From: a virus
IMG/VR virus record: IMGVR_UViG_3300046001_006965
Span: 1 to 64,000 of that record
Reading direction: 5' to 3' (one strand)
Length of the DNA stretch: 64,000 nt
Under the pieces are notes generated by a model, which did not search any database, had not been told where the DNA came from, and saw only the letters and a list, made by a program, of their open reading frames with translations. The position numbers and the translations under genes are program-made. Each line of letters starts with the position of its first letter. Position 1 is the stretch's first letter. Positions 56,731 through 64,000 of this stretch are shown one piece after another.

Positions 56731-57395
56731 TATATTTGCATTAATAGATTATAGGTAGAGTCAGAACAGCATTTAATCTCATAGGCCTGCACATTTTCGC
56801 CTTTTGTAAATGGCAAACTAAAATCATCAATTACTATGTTATGAATATCCAATAGTTCGAATGGTGGACACTTAACTTTTATTTGCTTGGCATTCGTCAA
56901 AATCTTTTTTAATTTTAAAAAATCCTCCTTTGGAAAACAGTCCTGAACGGTTCCCCTTAAAAGTGAGCCTATCAAAACGCCTGTTATTGTTATTTCATAA
57001 TCATCTTGTGACCATCTTTCTTTTATCGTTCCAGTCACTTGCTGTGTAATATCAGAGCTCCATTTTGCGACTCTTCGCTTGGCGATGACGTTCTTTCCTG
57101 ATATACTAATAATTGGCTCGTATGGCAAACGAAACCAACTCTTGCCCTCGTCAATTGACATCGACAATGGAAAAAACTGTTGAGCCTCGTCTAAAGGGAA
57201 GTCGGCTTGCCAAGTGGTACTTTCTAAGGCGCTGACTTTTGGCTTTTCGACACCGCTTTGATTTTGAAATGGTAAAAAAGGAATCGGAGGCAAAACGTGC
57301 TTGCCCAATTCATTATTTATCAAATCGAGAGCCGGAACCATCTGAATGATTTTTGACCCAAAAAGTGACGCGATTAATATCTCTTGATTTCCCAT
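56730..57395 (-). CDS. DUF6046-like tail tube initiator
   Basis: LP.EP.I.I...N.I, GT.KE....DDY.I.I.G, Q.Y.I...SD. Confidence 0.7.
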   Translation of the reverse strand: MGNQEILIASLFGSKIIQMVPALDLINNELGKHVLPPIPFLPFQNQSGVEKPKVSALESTTWQADFPLDEAQQFFPLSMSIDEGKSWFRLPYEPIISISGKNVIAKRRVAKWSSDITQQVTGTIKERWSQDDYEITITGVLIGSLLRGTVQDCFPKEDFLKLKKILTNAKQIKVKCPPFELLDIHNIVIDDFSLPFTKGENVQAYEIKCCSDSTYNLLMQI

Positions 57396-59372
57396 TTAGT
57401 TTCCTGCTGTTGTGGCCATAGCCAATAATCGCAATAATGCGTCTTGGCTTTGCTCGGCCATTTGTTGTGAACTGTCTTTAAAGTCTTTTCCTGCGATGTT
57501 TAAAACGCCAATCAAATCCTTTAAATTAATATTGATAACTGTATTCTTTGTGCCTCCTGTGGCAATTGCCTCATTGGCTTTTGTCTTGCTGCCTTTACCT
57601 CCTCCGGTTCCTGTTCCACCACCATTTGTATTGGCGGCCGTTCCGGGAATGACTGGAGCTGTAATACCATCGGCTTTTTTCATTGCCTTTTTTTGTTGCT
57701 CTCCTGGTGTAATCAAATCCATTTTGGCGCGCATCGCTTTAATCGAAGCGGCACCAGAACCGGCAAGTCCACCAAGTCCGGGAATCTTTGCAATCAGTTC
57801 CAAAAGTTGTTGGATAGGTTTCAATAACACGTCGAGCATTACGATGCCAATTCGTTTGAATCCCGCAATAATACCACCACTACTAAAAGCAGTTGTAATA
57901 GAGTCCCAATGATCCTTTAATGTCATAAATGCCGAGACCACAAACCCAATTGGGCCGAGTAATAAAGTCATCGATGCTCCAAAACTATCAAAATGTGTAA
58001 CTGCAGTAGCAATATATCCTATAAGCAAAGCAACACCGGCAATGATTAACCCAATTGGGTTAGCCGTCATTGCAGCATTCCAAAGCCATTGCGCGCCTGT
58101 GACAACGCTAGTCCAAGCCGCTTGCATTTTTGTGGCACTGGTTAAAAATCCTAATACTTTTCCCGCTCCCGCAAACAAAGGAACCATATTGCTAAAGTCT
58201 CTCGTTGTGTCACCAATAACAGAAGCGTAAGCCATTAGGCCATTTGTACCGTTAAAAAGAGATATTTTAAAATCATCTACTTGAGCCTGTAATCTTTTAT
58301 TTTTTTCTGCAGGCGATTCCATAATAATGGCCGCTTGCTCGTAAGCCGAGTTTGTTCCTGTAATTGCAGTTGTCAGCCTTTTTTGCTCTTCGATTCCTGA
58401 AATCATTGCAATCGCTGCCGCGCTGTTTTCTTTTCCAAATAATTTAGTAACCAAAGCCTGGTCGCCCATTATCTTTTTAAGTGGCGAAAGGCGTTGCGCC
58501 AATGTCTTAGATCTATCACCCAATGCGTTAATATCAATTCCTGCACTTTGCAATTCTGCCTTAACATCCTTTGGTAAAAATCGCCCTTCAGAAAGTGTTG
58601 TCATTACGTTACGCAAAGCAACTCCACCCTCAGCGCCTTTTTTTCCTGCCTTGTCTAATACTTGGATTGCCGCATTGGTTTCTGCAAAGCTCACGTTTGC
58701 CGTTTTAGCTGCAAGACCGGACTGCTCAAGTGCTTGTTTTATTTGTGGAAGTTCTGCAGATCCTTCTTTCGCCGCCGCCGACATAATATTCATCATTACG
58801 GCCATATCTTTGGATGCCTGTATTGGGTCAACCGTAGAAACTTGGTATTGGTTCATTGCCGTTGTTAGAACCTCGGTTGCTGCCACTGTATCGCCGCCCA
58901 TTGTTTTGGACAAGGTATTGATACTATCACCCATACTTTTTAAAGCCGTTGGGGCTTTGGCAATTTCAGGATTCAATTGTGAAAGTACGAGTTTGTATGC
59001 CTCAACTCCTTGTGCCGCCGTACCTCCAAAAGTTTTAGCACTTTGACGAGCGTAACCTTCAATATCTTTTAATTTATCCCCTGTAACCCCTGTTATTGCG
59101 GATAAGTCAGCCATTGAAGATGTTAAATCAATGCCCGGTTTATTCAGGGTGTTTAATCCTGTGGCCACTCGGTCAACCTGATCTAATATTGAGGAAAGTT
59201 TTATGGTATTTATTGAACTCTGCATACTGGCAAAAGACTTCTTGAAAGTAGCATCCATACTCACCGTATTGCCCTGTATTTTATCAACAGAGGCATTCAG
59301 TTTATTCATACCCGCGGTTACCTTTTCGGCATCGGATGTGATTTTGAATATGTAGTTAAAAACGTTGTTCAT
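57396..59372 (-). CDS. Tail tape measure protein of phage B
   Basis: 658 aa; TP901-type core, AQWLWNAAM.ANPIG. Confidence 0.92.
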   Translation of the reverse strand: MNNVFNYIFKITSDAEKVTAGMNKLNASVDKIQGNTVSMDATFKKSFASMQSSINTIKLSSILDQVDRVATGLNTLNKPGIDLTSSMADLSAITGVTGDKLKDIEGYARQSAKTFGGTAAQGVEAYKLVLSQLNPEIAKAPTALKSMGDSINTLSKTMGGDTVAATEVLTTAMNQYQVSTVDPIQASKDMAVMMNIMSAAAKEGSAELPQIKQALEQSGLAAKTANVSFAETNAAIQVLDKAGKKGAEGGVALRNVMTTLSEGRFLPKDVKAELQSAGIDINALGDRSKTLAQRLSPLKKIMGDQALVTKLFGKENSAAAIAMISGIEEQKRLTTAITGTNSAYEQAAIIMESPAEKNKRLQAQVDDFKISLFNGTNGLMAYASVIGDTTRDFSNMVPLFAGAGKVLGFLTSATKMQAAWTSVVTGAQWLWNAAMTANPIGLIIAGVALLIGYIATAVTHFDSFGASMTLLLGPIGFVVSAFMTLKDHWDSITTAFSSGGIIAGFKRIGIVMLDVLLKPIQQLLELIAKIPGLGGLAGSGAASIKAMRAKMDLITPGEQQKKAMKKADGITAPVIPGTAANTNGGGTGTGGGKGSKTKANEAIATGGTKNTVININLKDLIGVLNIAGKDFKDSSQQMAEQSQDALLRLLAMATTAGN

Positions 59373-59376
59373 TTTG

Positions 59377-59543
59377 CTATTGTTTACCGGCTTCTTTTTT
59401 TCTAATCCAACTTAGTTCTTGAAATCGTGCCGCCCACTCCTCATCGTCAAGGTCGTCAGGATCTATCTTGAAATAGTAGCGGAGTTGCGCATTGGTTATC
59501 CTAATATTATCATCAGGGTCAACCTCTGCGGCGGCTATAACTT
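59377..59543 (-). CDS. Frameshift extension of tail assembly chaperone (gpGT-like)
   Basis: Open -1 frame without its own start: LRYYFKIDPDDLDDEEWA. Confidence 0.6.
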
Positions 59544-59849
59544 TGCGAGCTCCGCTTCTTTTATAACTATCAGTTCAGATAGTTTGCCACTCACGGCCAA
59601 GAAGTAATCGTCGTTAGTTTTCAACTCCTCGTCACCGCCCAACCAACAGTTAGTCAAAATGATTTCATTGAATTTCATTGGGTCTTTGGTTCCAATGGAA
59701 GATGCAAAACTCAAGGTCTTTCTATCTACTTTTCGTAGGTAGCCTATTTTGTCCTCAACTTTAATGGCGTAAACATCGCCGTGTAATTGTTTCCACGCTT
59801 CGATTTGTTCTGGTGTAGCTTGTCCGCTTAATTCTGCTGTTTTGTTCAT
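59535..59849 (-). CDS. Tail assembly chaperone
   Basis: I..WK..HG, CWLGGD; between tube and tape measure genes. Confidence 0.75.
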   Translation of the reverse strand: MNKTAELSGQATPEQIEAWKQLHGDVYAIKVEDKIGYLRKVDRKTLSFASSIGTKDPMKFNEIILTNCWLGGDEELKTNDDYFLAVSGKLSELIVIKEAELAKL

Positions 59850-59876
59850 TTTATTTTGTTTTTTGTGGTTTGTTTT

Positions 59877-59908
59877 AAAAAAAATCCCTCCCTATAAAGG
59901 AGGGATTT
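59877..59908 (-). terminator. Intrinsic terminator
   Basis: AAATCCCTCC/GGAGGGATTT. Confidence 0.75.
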
Positions 59909-59928
59909 AAATACTAATTCAATATTCT

Positions 59929-60339
59929 TTAAACTTGGTTTTGAACTCTAAGAGCAACAAATGGAAGTGAAATTTCCATAAACTTGTCTCCTTGTTTGAA
60001 CTCTTTTACATTTTCAGTGAAACGAATTCCAAGAACTCTATCCGTAATGATAGCGTCGGCATTCAGTGGGTTGCCATAGGCAAATAAACCATCAAGTGAG
60101 AGTGACATTATAGACCCGCCACCGGCTTTCACCATTGCTTCATATTCCGATTGCAAAACAGTGATTTCGCCCTCAACGGCCGAGTTACCTGTCTGAATGG
60201 AATGCGCGTCACGTCCTTTGGCATAAATCGCCTCACGCTCCATTTTCTCTCCGTATTTCGCGGCTCTAATTCCGGTCACGTCTTTGCCTCCTAAAATAAG
60301 GGTGAGGTCTGCCCATTCGTATTGTCTACTATTAAACAT
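59929..60339 (-). CDS. Tail tube protein
   Basis: FNS..Y.W, QGD..ME..LPF; follows sheath. Confidence 0.8.
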   Translation of the reverse strand: MFNSRQYEWADLTLILGGKDVTGIRAAKYGEKMEREAIYAKGRDAHSIQTGNSAVEGEITVLQSEYEAMVKAGGGSIMSLSLDGLFAYGNPLNADAIITDRVLGIRFTENVKEFKQGDKFMEISLPFVALRVQNQV

Positions 60340-60349
60340 ATCTTTTTGA

Positions 60350-61576
60350 TTAAGCGGTTACGGGTACGAATCCAAGAGGGACGTCAATCCAACGGTTAGT
60401 GCCTTTAGTTTTTACCTGAAGCTTTGCAATTTTCAGTTTAGAAGTCGAAGTCACGTTATGCGTCAAATCAACTTGACAAATTACACCGCGGTCTTTGGCA
60501 TCATTTGGGTCAAAGGATAATTCACCGTTAGCAGTCATTTGTTTGAAAATTAAACTTTCGACTTCATTCTCTACGCTTTTAGCATAGATTGGCGAAATAG
60601 TTCCGTTATTGTTTACCGTGTTGTCATCCAAAAGGAATTCCAACATTGCAGCATACGCCAAACGAAATGCTTTGTCAATTACACGTCTACGACCTGCGTA
60701 GTGGTAGTCGTCAGCAACTTCACAAGCTAATGGATCGTCTGTAAAGAAATATCCTGATTTGCCTGTGTGCTGTCTGAAAGTCACATATCCTTTGTCGTGC
60801 AAAGCTTCGACATCATAAGACTCAGCAGGTGTATCCAGGATAAAAGCGGTTAGGCTCGAAACGGCACCGTCTCTCACTTTCCCAATGTTCACGTGGACTT
60901 GGTTTTTTGCCAATCTTCCGGCAAGGATTCCAATCGCTGCACCTTTTGAGGCAGTTGCTCCGGTTCTTGTTTCAGAGTCACCCAAAACAATCATTGCTCG
61001 GTTGAAAGATGCTGTACTTAGATCTGTCAAGGCTACTTTGTCACCGTCAAAAGCATACCCTTCAATAATGGTGAAAAAAGGAGCATATTTATTGGCAGTG
61101 TATGCCTCGGCCAAAATTTGGGCAAGGTTTACGGCAACCATTACGTCATCGTCTATTCCGTCAGTTACAACAGGAACATAGGCTTCACTTGGTGAAAATG
61201 CTGTAAACAAAAATTTCAGTTTTCCGTTGGCTGCATCTAGCAACTTTTCGGCAGGTGCTTTCCCGGTTACTACGTCAAGAGCAAACCAGTCGCTTACTTT
61301 TGTAGTTTTGGCAAAACCCATTAACCAAAGTTCAGTTCCTTCTCCAGACTCTGCATAAAACTCTTTTAAAGTTTTGTAAAGCTTGTAGTTGTTCACATCA
61401 TTTATGATTCCTAAAGCAGCCACATCAATCATCGATTTGATTTGATAAGGCGTGTTTAAAAGAAACGTAGTCGATACAGCGGCAGCACTTGCGAGCAATC
61501 CGCTTACGCCGTCCGGTAGGTCAATAACCTGACCTAACTGACCGTTTTGAAATTGTATATCTATTCCTGGTAACAT
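60350..61576 (-). CDS. Tail sheath protein (DUF2586-like)
   Basis: LP.V.I...NG.LG, L..KGY..F, DY....RR.IDKA.R. Confidence 0.85.
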   Translation of the reverse strand: MLPGIDIQFQNGQLGQVIDLPDGVSGLLASAAAVSTTFLLNTPYQIKSMIDVAALGIINDVNNYKLYKTLKEFYAESGEGTELWLMGFAKTTKVSDWFALDVVTGKAPAEKLLDAANGKLKFLFTAFSPSEAYVPVVTDGIDDDVMVAVNLAQILAEAYTANKYAPFFTIIEGYAFDGDKVALTDLSTASFNRAMIVLGDSETRTGATASKGAAIGILAGRLAKNQVHVNIGKVRDGAVSSLTAFILDTPAESYDVEALHDKGYVTFRQHTGKSGYFFTDDPLACEVADDYHYAGRRRVIDKAFRLAYAAMLEFLLDDNTVNNNGTISPIYAKSVENEVESLIFKQMTANGELSFDPNDAKDRGVICQVDLTHNVTSTSKLKIAKLQVKTKGTNRWIDVPLGFVPVTA

Positions 61577-61577
61577 A

Positions 61578-61856
61578 CTACTCTTCTGTTTTTGGAGTTA
61601 ATTGAAGCTCAATGGCCTCAATGATTTTTGCATTTGTTGCTTTTGGGTCAACAGTCAATTCATTGTCTGCAGCAAAGGCAATAAGTTGCGCTTTTGTCAT
61701 ATCAGTCAATTTCACTTCTGACTCTTCGCCTATTGATTCCTCAACTTCAATAGCCGGAGGAGTCACCGTTTTATCCTCTAAGGATCTTGCGTGACTTTGT
61801 GCGTGATTTTCAGTGTAGAACTGTTCGCCGTCACTTGTTTTGAAATACTTGCTCAT
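61578..61856 (-). CDS. Small protein with HeH/LEM-like C-terminus
   Basis: MTKAQL..FA, AT.A.II.AI. Confidence 0.6.
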   Translation of the reverse strand: MSKYFKTSDGEQFYTENHAQSHARSLEDKTVTPPAIEVEESIGEESEVKLTDMTKAQLIAFAADNELTVDPKATNAKIIEAIELQLTPKTEE

Positions 61857-61861
61857 AATTT

Positions 61862-62338
61862 TTAAAGTTTAGATTTTACATAAACCCATACTGCCAAAAG
61901 CAGCGTAAGTCCTAGATATATTCGAAAGCCAATGATTTGTGTTTTTTGCCAATAGTTTAATTCATTCGTAATAATTGGCGGTAATTGTGTGACAGTATCT
62001 TGTGATATATAAGTGTCTTTCCACTGAGCAAATAGTTCCCGCGCTCTAGACTCACAATCAACTTTGATAACGTTATCCGAGAGACGAACCTTAGGGCTTT
62101 TTAAAGTGCGCCCTGGTTCGCTCTGGATAATGTTCTTAATAACTACTTTACCGTTTTGGCATTCTAATAATGCCTCCAGATAGCTGCTGTCTTTTTCAAT
62201 TTTGAAAATGGTATCGTGTACCGTTTCCTTAATGATTTTTGTTGTTTCATTCTGCACCACAATAGGCTTTCCGCTTCCGCAGCCAACCAGTGTGGCGAGA
62301 ACGAACAAACAACAAAATACGCTTAGTATATTTTTCAT
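61862..62338 (-). CDS. Lipoprotein with C-terminal TM, unimolecular spanin candidate
   Basis: Lipobox LVGC plus C-terminal TM helix, after endolysin. Confidence 0.7.
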   Translation of the reverse strand: MKNILSVFCCLFVLATLVGCGSGKPIVVQNETTKIIKETVHDTIFKIEKDSSYLEALLECQNGKVVIKNIIQSEPGRTLKSPKVRLSDNVIKVDCESRARELFAQWKDTYISQDTVTQLPPIITNELNYWQKTQIIGFRIYLGLTLLLAVWVYVKSKL

Positions 62339-62790
62339 AATCTTAAAAATCCTTTAATGGTTTTGATTTCTCTTGTGCGTCTGCAAACTTGGTATCCTTC
62401 ACGGCTTGAAACATTGTTGGTATTTCCTTCAATGGTGTGGAGCGTAGTTCCCGATACCGATTCCACTATGCCAGTGTGTCCGGTTCCGTGTCCAAACTCC
62501 ATTATAAAAATGTCGCCTGATTGTGGCACTGTCACTCGTAGATCAACTTCTTTGTTGTACATATCGAGTACGCCTGCTGTTTTATAAAGTGGGTTTAAAT
62601 ATTTCAAGTCTAGGGACGCTTCTTTGGCGCACCAGTATATGAATGCCATACACCAGGAATACCCCTTTCCAAGTCCAACGCTTTTGAGATACTTCTCAAC
62701 TGCGGGGCCCGCATTCGAACCTCTTGGTATTTCTTCGACTCCCAATTGGGAAATCGCTTTTTGTAATGTTGTTGTTGCTAATGGGGTCAT
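62335..62790 (-). CDS. CHAP-domain endolysin
   Basis: WCMAF, GHTGIV, TIEGNT. Confidence 0.88.
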   Translation of the reverse strand: MTPLATTTLQKAISQLGVEEIPRGSNAGPAVEKYLKSVGLGKGYSWCMAFIYWCAKEASLDLKYLNPLYKTAGVLDMYNKEVDLRVTVPQSGDIFIMEFGHGTGHTGIVESVSGTTLHTIEGNTNNVSSREGYQVCRRTREIKTIKGFLRL

Positions 62791-63182
62791 CCCTCTTTAC
62801 CGTTAAGTTGTTTGTACTTTCTTAATTCACCTGTAAGGGTTTCCAATTCATCAATCAATAGATCAATCTTTTTATCTCGCTCATTAATCGTTAGGTCACG
62901 GTCTTTTATCGCTTGCAATGCTGTAGACAATTGACCCGTTAAGATGTCAATTTTTGCGTCCCTCAAGTTGATAGCTGCAATGGCAGAGTCTAGCTGTTTT
63001 TTGCCATCTTCAATCAAACCTTTGTAAAAATCGGCTGACTTGATTTCGTTGTCAATTTCTTTGGATACGGCATCGGCTTCGAGTGCTCTATCAGTTGCAT
63101 TGTTTTTGCGTTTTTCTACTAGCTTCATTCCGAAGGCAGTAAATAAAGAAGCTAAAACAGGATATAAAAACGTTAGTAACAT
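62787..63182 (-). CDS. Holin-like TM plus coiled-coil protein
   Basis: N-terminal TM, upstream of endolysin. Confidence 0.55.
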   Translation of the reverse strand: MLLTFLYPVLASLFTAFGMKLVEKRKNNATDRALEADAVSKEIDNEIKSADFYKGLIEDGKKQLDSAIAAINLRDAKIDILTGQLSTALQAIKDRDLTINERDKKIDLLIDELETLTGELRKYKQLNGKEG

Positions 63183-63237
63183 TGGTGAGATTTTTTAAAT
63201 AATAGCTCTCCGGTTACAGGAGAGCCATTGATTTATA

Positions 63238-64000
63238 CTAAAGGATTGCTCCTATCCATTTAGCTTGGAAAGGCACTGCAATGAAGTAGTGACGATACGC
63301 CAATTGGTTTGTTTGGGTCGTTGGGTTGTCAGCAGCCGCCGTGAAATACTGTTTTGTATTTCCTGTCTTTTTGGCGATGTTGTCTTTCACAAAAGCAATG
63401 GATGCTTTTTTGTCAGTTCCACCCGGAACAGATCCGTATGCTTTTTTCACGTTCAATGAAGTGAAGTAAGGCATATTCACATATTGGTAGATTTCGAAAC
63501 CTGCAATCGTAGGAGCTACGTCGCCAGTTCTGTAATTCACCAATTGATCTCCAAAGTTTTTACGATCTCTCAACAAGTCGTTATAGTGCTCTGTGTTCAA
63601 AATCAAACGTCTACCATCAACAGGCGCACCTGCTAAATCGAAAGCTTCTTTCAAAGACACAACATCTTCATAAACCAATCTCAATCTTCCGCCGGCAGTT
63701 GCTTCAGCAGTTGCACCACCTGTGGCAGTGATAACCGGAGTTGCTGTAGTTGTAGAAGTTGGAGCAATGGCGTGAACCGCTTTTCCAAATTTCTCGGCAG
63801 TTAATTTTTGAACTGTTTTACGAGTCGCATTATCGATACGGTCGTAAGATGCACCAAGAACTTGGTCATCTGAAAGTGTTACCACTTTGGTTTGGTATTT
63901 ATCCAACTGAATAATAACCGCGTCATCCGTGTACGCCTGTAAAGCGATTGGGTAAGTACTGTTGTTAATCAAAATGTCAGGAGCAAACTCGCTCGTTGGC
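63238..64000 (-). CDS. Major capsid protein of phage B, 5' end outside the window
   Basis: P..GRRL.L, I.GFEI, P..Q.N...YRHYF; position upstream of lysis and sheath genes. Confidence 0.7.
   Translation of the reverse strand, partial: PTSEFAPDILINNSTYPIALQAYTDDAVIIQLDKYQTKVVTLSDDQVLGASYDRIDNATRKTVQKLTAEKFGKAVHAIAPTSTTTATPVITATGGATAEATAGGRLRLVYEDVVSLKEAFDLAGAPVDGRRLILNTEHYNDLLRDRKNFGDQLVNYRTGDVAPTIAGFEIYQYVNMPYFTSLNVKKAYGSVPGGTDKKASIAFVKDNIAKKTGNTKQYFTAAADNPTTQTNQLAYRHYFIAVPFQAKWIGAIL

Larger units (their letters stand above)
51195..64000 (-). mobile_element. Mu-like contractile-tail (myovirus) phage B, structural arm, continues beyond the window
   Basis: Gene order capsid, holin-like, CHAP lysin, lipoprotein, sheath, tube, chaperone, tape measure, hub, spike, baseplate J, fibres. 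Confidence 0.85.

Noticed and set aside
452-63459. Many short plus-strand ORFs overlapping long minus-strand genes
   Set aside because: Antisense shadows with atypical composition and no initiation context.
51195-64000. Tailocin or extracellular contractile injection system
   Set aside because: A capsid-like gene lies upstream of the sheath, so this looks like a phage.

Overview
The whole window is phage DNA of a Bacteroidota (Flavobacterium-like) host. This is inferred from TAnnTTTG -7 promoters, AT-rich translation starts without Shine-Dalgarno sites, and a Flavobacterium-type DnaN. Positions 1 to about 50,980 hold an apparently complete ~51 kb temperate siphovirus (phage A). It has tail fibre, tail, tape measure, capsid, portal, terminase, a tRNA/ncRNA cluster, a methyltransferase, a beta clamp, replication and recombination genes, a cro/cI switch, an attP-configured 3' half of tRNA-Met, a tyrosine integrase, a lysis cassette and an adhesin-like gene. 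From about 51,200 to the end is the structural arm of a Mu-like contractile-tail phage (phage B) with its own lysis genes. The two are joined through a duplicated tail-fibre-tip module (1-480 versus 50983-51461, direct orientation). Main observations: (1) a possible sipho/myo co-integrate sharing an identical 88-aa fibre C-terminal domain; (2) two promoter-proximal leader RNAs with different sequences but the same pseudoknot fold, behind the same paired operator; (3) a tRNA-like RNA without a normal anticodon arm next to a ~200-nt structured ncRNA; (4) a homopolymer-frameshifted CAP lipoprotein. All protein family calls come from visual motif recognition and gene order, not database searches.
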